A stretch of 64,000 nucleotides of DNA from Ostrea edulis (GCF_947568905.1 NC_079169.1:66712001-66776000), one strand, 5' to 3'; shown: positions 1 through 11,758, counted from the stretch's first letter. Numbers and translations: made by a program. The notes: generated from the letters alone by a model not told the origin.

Positions 1-31
1 TACCCGACACGGAAATTCTCTAGTCCACTTA

Positions 32-2107
32 GGGCTATTCCAGAAATAAATACATGGGGGGGGGGGGGGGGGGGTCGGGAGGCACCTTTTGTATATATCA
101 AGCACCCATAAAAATAAATAAAAAATGGGTCAAAGACTCAATTGGCCGGGTTGCAATATTTAGAGTAAGTAATTGGGTAGGGATTTATTTGGTGGTAGTT
201 ATCTGTTGCCCCGCTCGACTTACTGCTAATAATGCAGTCACGGACAACGACATGTCTCTTACTGTTACCGTGAATAGTCACATTTCCACGTTTGAAAGAT
301 GTACACTCGGTCGTGGCGAAATAGGACAATGGATGTCTAGAAATTGTGGACGTTGCTGGCTTATTGGCCTCATAAATTCTGCAAAACATTTTGCCATCAC
401 GAAAATTTCCTCCGCCATTTCAGGACTGGGGTTCTTCCTTTACTTTTGCATTTCTCTTTAGACATTGCTACGCCATCTTTTGATGCAGAACTCTCCCCGT
501 GTGATTCTTGAATTACTTTGTTACATGTACAAGGCTGAGGCTTTTGTTTTTTACTATTGATAAATCCAAAGTGCTCTAAACTTCGTTTTCCCGCCATCTT
601 GATTGTTTTGACCGAGACTAAAAATATTTATTCAGACTTCCGATCCCGATTCTAAAATTTTACTGGTTGCCCAAATTTTCTTCACTCGCGAAAATGCGAC
701 TTAATTATAATCTCTAGTCGCAAAATTGATTTTCTGGTCGCAAATGCGACCGTTTTACTCGCAACTTGGAGCACTGCTGATATATGTAATATTAAGTAAT
801 AATAACTAAAATGAACAATAACTTCAGGTGCTTGAATTGTATATGATTATATGATAAAGAAACAGAATTTCTCTATCTATATTGCAAATTTACAACTCAT
901 GCCCAGAAAATTTGACATTCATATATAATTGAATTTTTCCTCAGAGGTAGTGCAACTAAATTTAACCACAAAAGATAATCTCATTTACCTTTTTCAAGTT
1001 GAACTCTATTTTTAGTAACAACTTCTTGCTGTAGCACCCATATTCGACAAAGGTCAGACTTCAAAAAACCTAGTGCATAACTTCAATATATATACTTACT
1101 TTCTGCAAAGTTTCAAGGTTGTACATAAAAAACTGTAGGAGGAGTTGATTTCACAAAATTTCCCCAACCACCCGCCCGCCCGCACTTCACCATACTATAG
1201 ACCGGATTTGCACTTCGTGCAACCCGGCCAAAAATTACCCCATGACCCATCAAATTGATAAACTCATTTTACAATGACCCATCTAATTATAAATAACAAA
1301 CTAACCAGACCCACCACAAAAATATTTTAAAAAATGAAAACGGTACAAATCTCACGAGGTTTTCGGGACAAACATTTTAGTAAATGACGCGGTAATGCTT
1401 GTGCGACATTGTATCACAGTAGTTCTGAAGAAACGATGTCACATCAACAATCAAAGGCATCTATGACGGGAATGTTGGAAAGATTGGGAGTCCAAACGAT
1501 GCTATGGGTATGGATATGTTTTTCCACGAATCGTTCGTCTTCTAATGGAGCCCGCGCCCGGAGGCCTCTATATCACCATCACACTGACTGATAAATATAA
1601 CGCATTGGTACCCTCGTATAAATCAACTAAGGTTTGCCTATTTTTATTAGAAAATGGAATACCTATTGGTTTCAAAATATTCCCAAAATCGATGCACTGT
1701 AAACTGTAATAATCTACAGAACAGAGTTCGCCGCCATCACGTCCAAAGGGACCCTACTAAACGTGCCTCTAATTTGAAGAGTGCCGTAATGGAAAGTTAT
1801 GCGCTGCAAAGAGCGACAACTCGAATAGTTCTATGTTACTTCCGATTTCCGATAGCAGCATTTCGAAAGCACGTTTTCAATTTTCCCTCCGACGTTTTGT
1901 AACCAACATGACAAGAGCGACAATAAAAATATTCTGAAAACTCAACACCCACGTGGCACAAAATAAAACAATAGAAACTACCCACAGTAAATATTTTTTT
2001 AACAGTCCAACAACAGACAAAATAAAATATGAAAAAATACGACCACCCACACAAAAAAATATCATTTGCCGCCCGACCCCCCCATTTGATCATTTCTGGA
2101 ACAGCCC
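32..2107. mobile_element. Non-autonomous PIF/Harbinger-like DNA transposon (composite, 2076 bp) in a CCT5 intron
   Basis: TIRs GGGCTATTCCAGAAAT...GGGTCGGG (from 32) and reverse complement GGGCTGTTCCAGAAAT...GGGTCGGG (ending 2107). Identical 3-bp flank TTA at 29-31 and 2108-2110. GGG termini with a TWA duplication are typical of PIF/Harbinger. Confidence 0.8.
138..597 (-). pseudogene. Degenerate N-terminal fragment of a hAT-like transposase (TTF-type zinc-finger region)
   Basis: MAGKRSLEHFGF...KWRRKFS*W followed, after a frameshift, by MFCRIY...FATTECTSFKRGNVTIHGNSKRH. This resembles the W..kF.WL...MFC..C...F.tgc.nFk...l..H..S..H motif of hAT/ZNF862-type proteins. A matching element end (GAGCACTG at 769-776, with TGCGAC/GTCGCA subterminal motifs) lies upstream. 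Confidence 0.55.
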
Positions 2108-2479
2108 TTAGAATAAAATGACCTCAACCTTTTTTTTTTTAAATCTCTATTTCATAAGCCCTGCTTTGTTTCTTCCCTACCTTTTACTTTTTTTTCTCTT
2201 GGGACATCTTTCCTTGAGGACGAGAAGTCGTATTTGAATATAGAGACATTCCCGCACATATGTCAACACCGAAAAATGGTTGTTTAATTTGACAAACACT
2301 TTCTTATATTCAAATAAACTGGGGGTTTTCTTTAAAAAATAAAAGAAAATAAATTCATCTAAAACATAACTTTACACACATTAACATGCGGTTCAAAATT
2401 GCTCGCAAGCTCTACAGTTTTTCTTTTTTAGTTAAGAATAAAATATCTTATGGTTTAAATTTAAAGTAAAGTTTCTTGT

Positions 2480-2586
2480 TTATATTTTCAACACGACCAG
2501 TCGGACTAGTAAATTAACATTTTACCTGACCGGACCTATCATTTAGTAGACTCAGTCGGTCGGACGTGCCTTAGTGTCAAACGCTG
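2480..2586. mobile_element. Terminus of an older DNA-transposon/MITE that hosts the Harbinger insertion
   Basis: Ends ...GCCTTAGTGTCAAACGCTG (reverse complement begins CAG) with subterminal CGGAC/GTCGG motifs. The other end is probably outside the window. Confidence 0.35.
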
Positions 2587-2670
2587 AGCATGCTGTAATT
2601 TAGGGGAATGAAAGAACTGTTTAACATTCAATCACATGTTACAACTTAAGTTAATTTTTACAAATCATAC

Positions 2671-5600
2671 CTCTATTTCAGGTCCTCCCACCCATCGCAC
2701 TGCTGGCAAACTTCTCTGTAGTAACAAGTGGTTTGCTTCATCATCAAATCCCCACTGACAGATGACCAAGTTCGCACCTGTGTCTTTAATCTATAGATAT
2801 CGAGGTGAAAATTGACATTAATCATGCAATTTAAAGAATACATGATAAATACATTATATGTACATATAACACTTCTATAATGTCAATATGTGTTACTACC
2901 GCATGTAATACATGTTCGTCCATATACAATTTCTTTGCATGTTCCAAAACTTTTTCTAACCACTTTTAAGACAAAACACAATAAATAAATAAATTCTAGA
3001 AACTCATTGAAAGCAAATTAAAAAGCATGTTTTCGAAAACAATTTATCAAACAATATTAATTGGCAACATTCATAAGAAATGAGCCAACTCATCTCTGAC
3101 TGAAATGTATATTCATTATACAGAAATAAAAAAACATAAACTTTCAGGGAATTAAATGAACTGGGAAAGATGCATGAACTGATTTTAAACTTTTATGAGA
3201 TTTACTAGTATTCAAATTGGTCATCGGATATTCTATCTCGTTTACAGAATAGAATATATGCCCAAATCAACCTTTCGCATAGACAGCTCTCATTTAAAGT
3301 AAATTATCTCTTGAGAGTAAATTTCAATAATTGATTACTGTAGATGTACATAATACACTGGGATATTCAAATTTCACCTATTCTGCTACTACAGTATGTA
3401 AAATGTTATGCAACAATACCTTACCATTCTAACCATGGATTCAAACTTTTCCAATTCATACTCTCGAAGCTTCTTGTAATCTTCTACAGACTTCACCTCC
3501 AGACCGTGCTTGGTCTTGGGTTTTGGTGGTTCAAAAGGGCAGGTCAGAATCGCTATCCTAGCATCCTTGATGTTCTGAAAAATATATTACCGAGGTTAAA
3601 CTAATCAATGTATTATGAAACTGTAGCTATTCTATACACTATGTAAGCATTGTATGGTAGCCAAACATTTGTTTTTGAACTACTTCATATCTCCTATCTT
3701 AAAATTCACCAATGGCAGTCACCCGGGTTATTCATTTCCAATAACCACTGACCTTAGGCATCTGTGGATGGCTCATATCTTTGTCTATAATAACTCCTTT
3801 AATCAACATGGTGTCCTCCATTTTCCCTCCAACTTTGCCGTCAACTTTAATCAGTTCAAAATCTACATCTTTCCTTTCAAAATCAGCTACTGACAAAATA
3901 GCATCTACTGCTATCTCTGCCATTTGTCTGTGGCATCTGTTCACACTGCAAGCAAAATGTTTGCATCTTAATATATTTCCCCCACTCAATACATATACAG
4001 TACAAATGTTTATCAATATTCACATCTTAAACGACTCTCAACTACACAGTAACAGTGAACCACAATGCATATAGAGAACCACAATTTAATGGATGCTTAC
4101 ACATACAGAACCACAATTACAAATGGATGCTTACATTTTGGAACCAAGGGTAGTCATTGCTAAACGTATCAGATCTTCTTTATCTTTTGGAGTAACTTTG
4201 AAATCTTCACTAATTTTCCCAAGGTGTTCACATGCCACTTTGGCAGCCATTTCATAGCCATCAGCTACACGAATTGGATGTATTCCTCTATCTAAAAGTT
4301 TTTCTGCTTGTTCTAAAAGGGCCCCAGCCAATACTGTAAAAGAAAAGAATTTTTTTAATCAAATCTATAATATAGTACAGCACATAGTCAATTTGAGTAC
4401 ATGTAGCATTTAAAGTGATGCATTTCTAAAATATAATCAAATTTATGTAAATACTCAATTTTGTTAACATTTTTCTTTCAAACTGCATAGAATGCTGATT
4501 TGGACAAAACATTTTTTTTTTTTTTTTTTTTTTTACATGTACGTGAACATGAAACTTAATTCTTTGGTGTGAATATTAAGTTTGTCCAAGCTTGCTTTCA
4601 AGGTTTTCTAGAAATTGTGTGAAAACTAGTTATTTTTGTGAAAATACCGTCATGTTTATGTCACATTTCAGGTTGTATGTCATTTTGATCAAATTAAAAA
4701 TAAGAACAGAGATGCATCAACCTGAGAGATAGAAGACGAGAGGACTGTGACGATGACATGGAATAGTCAGTACTATTTAACATGTTCTATTGAATCTTGG
4801 TGTATCACTTACCTACTACCCCAGTAGTACCGTCTCCAATCTCGTCATCTTGTGACTGTGAGAGCTGGACCATGAGTTTGGCAATCTGATGCTGGACATC
4901 CATCTGTTTCAGGATGGTAGCACCATCATTGGTAACTGTAATATCACCATCTGGACTCACTAATAATTTATCCAAACCTTTTGGACCCAGGGAAGACCTC
5001 AACACCCCTGCGACAGACTTTGCTGCCATGATGTGGGACTGTAAATAGTACAGAAAATCTTTAAATTCAAATTTTCTATCATTTTAGATAATTCAAAAAA
5101 TATTTTCTCAGTGTTTACATACACAAATCATAACCAAAATAAGCATCTGTACATTGACAAGGACTAGTGTACAGCAATTCTGATTAGTTATACTGCAAGG
5201 GATGAACCTTCTAACATCCATAGATGCAGCAATTGTATGCATAAAATTTTTAAGATATCAGCTCTTCTTCGAGTGGTAGAGACTAAAATTATCATTGTAG
5301 ACTGGTTATGTAGAAAATTTCGAATGCGATTTCCATCAATATGGCAGACTGAGAAGATTAATAGAGGGCTCATATGTTTAAAAGGAAAATAAAGAAAACT
5401 GATAAAAAATTAAACCATACCTATGAAACTTGGGAATTTTTTTGGTCAAAATGGTGTTAATTCAAATACAAGCGCGGGAACATGTATTTCTCCATTTTGA
5501 ATCTCGTGTATCCAAGTGTATGTCATTCTGAGATCCATATAAGCATGTTAACCATAATTTCTTAATCATATACAATCACTCCTCAACTAACGTGATTGTA

Positions 5601-7741
5601 TGTTTGTAAATTTGCTGAACACCGATGCTGAGTATGTCACAATGCACGCTTTACATCAATTGTGTTATATTTCCAGCTTTCAATGAATAGACAGATATAA
5701 TCAGGGCTCGCGCTGCCCATCGCATTTGTCGCATTTTGTGATTTTTCAGAAAAAAATGCGACAGAAATTCCGGAAATGCGACACGGACATTTCATATTTT
5801 AGTATTCGCGCGCCATTTTGAATTTCAGCTGTTGGCATCCAAACAGCCTCAGGGCTGTTTTACTTGTGCAGAATGTGGATACCCTGTCGCATGGGAACAA
5901 TAAGACTTCGGGGCATCTTGTTTATTTAGCAGTTTAAACAAAACAAAGGGTTGATCCTCTATGTACAGGTAGGTGTGAATGAAATGAACTTTGCGCATGC
6001 CAGTTGCCTACAGTACATATCATAAATATAGAGATACCCGGAGTCATTACTGGGGAGCTACCTGTTTTGTACTGGATAGAATAAAAATCTTTAGTTTGAT
6101 CTATTTAGAAAATGGCCATGAGGAAATGCAAAACAGTAGGTTCTTCTGAAATTGCTATCCTGTCATCTTTTGACTTCACATCATCTTAAGCCATTTAAAA
6201 TTTGTTTCAGACTTCATGAAGTCCCTTCTCCTCTACATGATGAGATTCACCAAAGGACCACTTTGTCATTCTGGATTTCAAGATGAAAACAGGATTCTTC
6301 AGTGAAAATGTGATGTGAAACTATGATCATGTGTTATGTATTACAATAATTAATTTTCAGTAACTTTGTCATCAGTGACTTTCTAGACTTTAAATTTAAT
6401 GAGTAATATATGTCATTTACACCACTAAAATGATTAATAAACATTTAGAAACTCATTTCTTGTCTTTATTTAATATAGCCATTTTATATGCTATGAAATA
6501 CTCTTAATTTTTTCTGGTATGAAATAGAATTGAGTCAACTTAGCCAAAAACAATATTTAGAAATAAAACAATTATTGTGCTGCAATGTCATCAGACTGAC
6601 TAAAAAGCAATCTGCTGAAATACAACCGATTTTCACAATATCCTAATAATTATAGTGATTTGTGATAAAACTAAACAAAGCTATGTTGTATACATCGTGT
6701 AAGAATAATCAGAGATATGATATGTTGTATATGCTTCTTGAATAATATACATGAAATATAAAATTATAGATCTACAGTAAACGTGTATGAGTCGATGCAC
6801 GCGCGCCAGGTTGCGACACAAAATTTTGGTCCCGTGTGAGCCCTGAAAATGTCTGAAGTCCTGTAACAAGATGTTATGATGCTTTGATAGAGTTCTGCCC
6901 TCGCACGTTAGATGATAACTCCAGGATATTTTTTGTCTTGTTGTGGATACTAATGCTTTGCCCTCAAACAGTTATGCTGTAAGCCATATCATATATTTGA
7001 TGCTGAAATTCATTACCTTATATGGATTGTTGTATGCTAGATTACAAATTTGTATTTGGGAAGTGGGGGGATTACATGTTCAGTTTCTGTATCTGTATGG
7101 GTAATTCGAAGCTACCAATTCTGGCTTTTCTAGGACGGTGAGAGCTAGTGTCGGTCATATTGACACAAGCTGTCGAGGGCGGTCTACCGTCTTGAATGCC
7201 TCGAAAGTTTTAGCGCAGAGTATATGGTCTTAAAGTTGGTTCCATTTGATTATGGTGTCCACAAAGAATGAAGATTTGTATTGTTTAGTGTTTCTTACTT
7301 CTACCACTTCCCCCTAATATCTGATGATGGAATTGTCTGCAAAAATAAAGGCACCAGACGTGTCCCTGGTGTTTAGAATGCCCTTGAATTCCTCCCTTTT
7401 GACTATCATACAACTAGTTTCCCAATGTTTTGACATGTCCCTTATAATATCTCTGAACTTGTTTCAACATGAATGTACTGATCCAAGAAATAATTTTAAT
7501 CGATGTCTATGTTTTTGTTCTGAACATTTAACATATTTTAAAAAGATTTATATCAAAATTAAAAGGAGTACTTTACGCAGTCTGCAGAGAAACTAGAACT
7601 TTTCATGACTACAGTTTGTAAACAAAAAAGTCATGCTGCATCTCTTACTTTATGGGCTTCAATTCCTGTCAATCGTGATTTCCTCTCCTGGTCTCTGATG
7701 ATAATGAAAGGTCTTCCATATTCGTCAAATGCTATGCTCAT
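2671..7741 (-). CDS. CCT5: T-complex protein 1 subunit epsilon (chaperonin CCT5), 5' part, 327 codons in window
   Basis: GT-AG exons in phase: 7649-7741 ([31 protein letters not shown]), 4813-5038 (SLGPKGLDK...GDGTTGVV), 4135-4333, 3753-3945, 3425-3574 ([13 protein letters not shown]), 2671-2790 ([14 protein letters not shown]...[10 protein letters not shown]). These are diagnostic CCT-epsilon motifs. Remaining exons lie left of the window. Confidence 0.98.
5702..6845. mobile_element. hAT-like non-autonomous element in CCT5 intron 1
   Basis: Termini CAGGGCTC...GAGCCCTG with subterminal GTCGCA/TGCGAC motifs like those at 660-776. No TSD found. Confidence 0.55.
7080..7300 (-). mobile_element. 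Truncated 3' end of a CR1/L2-type LINE
   Basis: Minus strand reads [32 protein letters not shown], matching the ORF2 C-terminal SFF.R.I..WN.LP...A.....FK pattern. Boundaries approximate. Confidence 0.6.
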
Positions 7742-8143
7742 GATTATAACTATTTGTTTAAACTGTCGATGGCTTCGGATAGATGAAATTAATTCTCATC
7801 GAATGTGCTGGAAAAAATTTCAAGACCGGAAGTTTACCAGACGACTTTACTCCAGAATGCTTTTATAAAAAAACGAAAGTAAATAAAAACTGTTTATAAT
7901 ATAAATGAACGTGAAATGTGTTTATCTATTCAAATTCCCTTTATCTTTTGAATAAAAAATGCTACAATGTATGGAAACAAGCACAAATTTTAAAATTCTC
8001 ACATTTATATTGTTTTTCGTTTTGTGAAATCTCATTGCATTTTAATCCTACGTAGCGGATGTCAACAAACTTCATAGCAACTTACAGTGCATGGTGCTAA
8101 TTAAGTTTTAAAACGTTTGTCCTGCAAAAATAATTTGAGAACA
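7742..8143. promoter_or_regulatory. Putative bidirectional promoter CCT5 / TEX49-like
   Basis: Divergent ATGs 402 bp apart. ETS/GABP motif CCGGAAGT at 7826-7833. RFX X-box-like half site CATAGCAAC at 8073-8081. Confidence 0.55.
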
Positions 8144-8486
8144 ATGTCTTTCTTTGGGTTGACACAGTTGGGTTACCAAAATACAATCCGTGAGGGAATG
8201 GTCCAAGCCAAAATGGATCCTCTTCGTTCAAAAACTCAAATTGGATTTGTAGCCCTCCCCCCTTTAACAGAGAAAAATCCTCCCAGGCGGTCTATTGTAC
8301 CGATCAATCAGGTGTCAGGTTATGGACCTGGACCACAAGGCTCACACGTGGAACACACTAGGATGCGGGCAAAGCATATTCGTACTCCGAAAGGTTAGTT
8401 AACCTTTTGATTTTGTACTGTTGAATAGAAATTGGCCTCATACCGATATCAATTCTTCACAATTCTGAATGCTAGTACTTAGTGCA

Positions 8487-8533
<47 letters not shown>

Positions 8534-9718
8534 CAGTATATCCCTGGATCTTTGAAGCTCAAATATACTCCAAGCAATAATTGATCACAATGCAGTCTTA
8601 GTGAAATTTAGTCTTGGTGAAAATTTCAAACTCGTAACGAATTTGGATTGCTGCATCTCTATGCTGCACACATTATCATTAGATGAAATAATACATATGT
8701 TTAAAATATATAAATGGTGCTTAGATTAGGGGACTCGAACCGAGTATAGAAGTTTGTGGATTTATTGCTTCTTGTTTTTACAGAACCCTTTGAGATATAT
8801 AGGTTCCCTCTTCACACATCTAGACAAGTGGGATGGTGGACACACGAGGAACCATTAAAGAAGAGCCAACCCTGGACCCATGTTCCTCGTCATGTTCATG
8901 TCAACAGCGAAATGACCAGGTAATATCATATACGTCATCAAATATAGTTTTTAGTAATTAATCATAGGTTTGTGTACAATATGTTGAAAGTTTTGAATTA
9001 ACGACATGTGAAGCATATTGAATTGAAATTCAGGACTTTATCAAAGATGCGATTGGTTTCTGAAGAGTGAGATACATGTACTTGTTATACAACCATCGTC
9101 ATGAGCCACAGCTGAATTGTACGCTTCTCTGGGAAAGCTTGCAACTATGCCACATTGTGGGAGATTTCTCTTTATATTTATCTGAGACAAGTCTGTGTAA
9201 ATCAAATTCACAAGTAATATCTCTTACCAGGGTCTCAAATCAAATACCAGTCACCACTTGGGCATAGTAATGCATGTACTCTGCTTTTAAATACATTATT
9301 TTTAATTTGAAGGGCCTCCATGGCCGAGTGGTTAGAGCATCGCGCTCAAAATCTTGTCGACGCGGGTTCGAATCCCGCTCGCGCTGGTAAGTGAGAAAGT
9401 TTCCCGTTTACTTTCGGAAGGTTGGTGGTCTCTTTCCAGGTACATTGTATCTGGGTTCTCTCTTCCACCAATAAAAACTGGGCGCCACCAGATAACTGAA
9501 AAATTGTTGAGTGTGGCAGAAAACATCAATCAATCAATAAGTCATTTTTAATTTGACAATTGTACATAAAAATGAATAAGTGACATATATATCTGTATAG
9601 TAGATTTTCTAAGAAATAAGTTGTAAATGATTGTTGCAGATTTTAAGATATTTTTTCCATTTTTTTCAGATTTGTGAATGAAATGAGCCTAACTAATAGG
9701 GAGTTCACCTTGTTTTAA
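8144..9718 (+). CDS. TEX49: TEX49 / sperm microtubule inner protein 11-like, 144 aa
   Basis: Exons 8144-8393, 8784-8919, 9670-9718 join in phase (435 nt): MSFFGLTQLGYQN...EPFEIYRFPLHTSRQVGWW...PWTHVPRHVHVNSEMTRFVNEMSLTNREFTLF*. Both termini and the PW...PRH...S.MTRF motif match recalled TEX49/SPMIP11. Confidence 0.85.
8491..8530 (+). repeat. (TC)20 microsatellite
   Basis: Perfect dinucleotide run in TEX49 intron 1. Confidence 0.95.
9311..9543 (+). mobile_element. tRNA-derived SINE with TSD
   Basis: A box TGGCCGAGTGG (9321-9331), B box GGTTCGAATCC (9365-9375), (ATCA)n tail, and 13-bp TSD ATTTTTAATTTGA at 9298-9310 and 9544-9556. Confidence 0.88.
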
Positions 9719-11388
9719 TATTTCTGCCACAGTGATCATGACATGAACTATGTGGACACTGGATAAATGTCAAAAAGAGGGACTAAAACTGGGATATTTT
9801 AAGCAAATTTTATATCTATTTCTGTATACCTCAGTTATTGTTGGAGTACTGTAAATTTATTTAGCAAAATTCATTAGATGGAATGCGTGTTACGATAATG
9901 AAATTATACTATTGCATAATTGTTATTGTTTGAATTTGAAAGTAATTATGACATTAATGATTATATTACCTGTAATTAGAGATTTTTTTTTATATCTTAG
10001 CAGTACTTGGTATACCTACAGCATTATTCAGAATAATCTTTTTTAACATTAATAATTTGTACTATGTTTGTGTTGCATTCATTATAACTCGCATCAATGA
10101 AGGAAATACACTATACACCAGTCATTCTCAATATATGACCCCATTTGTGTCCGAATAAGAACTAAACAGTAAGACCTCATACTTTGACTACTGCTTTAGT
10201 ATTTAACAAACTTAATATCATAATTGTTAAGTTAATTGTTAATTAACAAAAAGAGAAAGTTTGAGTGATTAGTATCTCACAATCAGTTTAAAATTTAGTA
10301 AAACAGATAAATTTCCAAGCAAGTTCATATTGGCATTTGACACATTAACTGTTGTACATAGGATTTGATATTCTGTTCAATGTGTATAGATGTATGCTCT
10401 ACATTATGAAAATTTGCACCAATTCTTGGAATCATGGAATTGAGAGTGACTGAAATACTAATTTGGAAATTGTAATTCTGTTGTCTTATTCCATTAGTTT
10501 TATACATGACACTCCAAAGTCTGAAGTAGATTTTAATTTGGCTTTGTGCATTTTTTATTGTTTTGTTGTTGTTTTTGAGGTTGTTTTTTTTTTCGTTCAT
10601 CACATTTTCAAGGCGACATTAATGAAAATTTACTTTTTGAGTAGAATTTTATAATCCACCCAAAAAGAGATTTTTAAAAACTTTAGTAGTTTCATTTATG
10701 AGCTTAGAAATCACATTACATTATACTTTTTCATGATTTAATCTGAATCTAAATTTAATCTTGGTTTTCTTACTGAACAAAATCTACTTTACAAATTACT
10801 AGGCCCTAATAATTTTTAAAATTATCTTCATTATTGATCAGTCAGCAAATTCACACCTTAGGTTACTGTAGTTTTAATGTATATATGCCATTTGTAATGT
10901 ACGAGTTTTTGTCTGATGTGAATTAGGTTATAAAAATGTGCATTTTGCAGTTGAATTTTTGCACTTTCTAATATCATGATATCCTACAACTTTTTGTTGG
11001 TGTAACTTAACATTGCTTTTTTCTGTAAAGTCTACCGTTTTACTTCAAGAATCATGTGTTCACGTCAATTTTTGATAAATATTTGTTGTTTTTTCTCAAT
11101 AAATCAAAAAATCAAAACATCTCTGTACATGTTCAATTCTTGTCATTTGTTTACTGTGAGTGATCGGCATGTTGTTGAGCTGCAGATCTCTGGGGAAAAA
11201 TGGGATACATCTTACTCATTTTGTTCCCACCGCTACATGAACCAAAAATCATTTCGCCTTCAATTCTTTAGTACCAACCACCAATTGAGAATCTACAGAA
11301 ACATTCACAAATTTTGGAAGGTTCTGGCAATTTCTGTCATTATATTTTCTCATCAACCAATTTGTGACATTTTTGATTCTATTATTTC

Positions 11389-11758
11389 TGTAACAGGAAG
11401 GGAGAAAATGCAACGGACCAGACCAGGATTCGAACCCGGGCCCCCTGAATCTCTAGTCAGGTGCTCTACCAACTCAGCTAACTGGCCACTGGCAATCGAA
11501 CCCGGCTGACCGCTACATTCTTCCCTCCTTAAATGTCTTCACAACTGAAGACATCATCGACCCAGGATCTTTATCCCCTTGGCAGGCATTTTCACCTGTC
11601 ACTTCCAGGGGCTGGTCTACGGCACCAAATGTAACAGGAAGGGAGAAAATGTAACGGACCAGACCGGGATTCGAACCCGGGCCCCCTGAATCTCTAATCA
11701 GGTGCTCTACCAACTGAGCTAACTGGCCACTGGCGATCGAACCCGGCTGACCACTACA
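11389..11758 (-). mobile_element. Miniature LTR retrotransposon (TRIM) with tRNA-derived LTRs, Helenus-type
   Basis: Two 129-bp LTRs (11630-11758 and 11389-11517; TG...CA; 6 differences). PBS TGGTGCCGT starts 2 nt after the 5' LTR. PPT AAGGAGGGAAGAA abuts the 3' LTR. Internal region 112 bp, non-coding. 4-bp TSD TTTC (11385-11388, 11759-11762). Each LTR holds a tRNA cloverleaf with A and B boxes. Confidence 0.92.

Noticed and set aside
54-461. 135-aa plus-strand ORF starting with poly-Gly
   Set aside because: It starts in the poly-G of the TIR and is antisense to the hAT fragment.
2791-7648. Intronic snoRNAs in CCT5
   Set aside because: Chaperonin genes can host snoRNAs, but no C/D box pair with terminal stem or clear H/ACA structure was seen by eye. 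An Infernal/snoscan search is needed to exclude them.
11054-11713. ORFs of 151 aa (+) and 66 aa (-)
   Set aside because: They read through the non-coding TRIM and flanks, with no protein-like motif.
11415-11728. Two apparent tRNA genes
   Set aside because: They have 8-nt anticodon loops and are embedded in LTRs with PBS, PPT and TSD; they are parts of a TRIM, not functional tRNAs.
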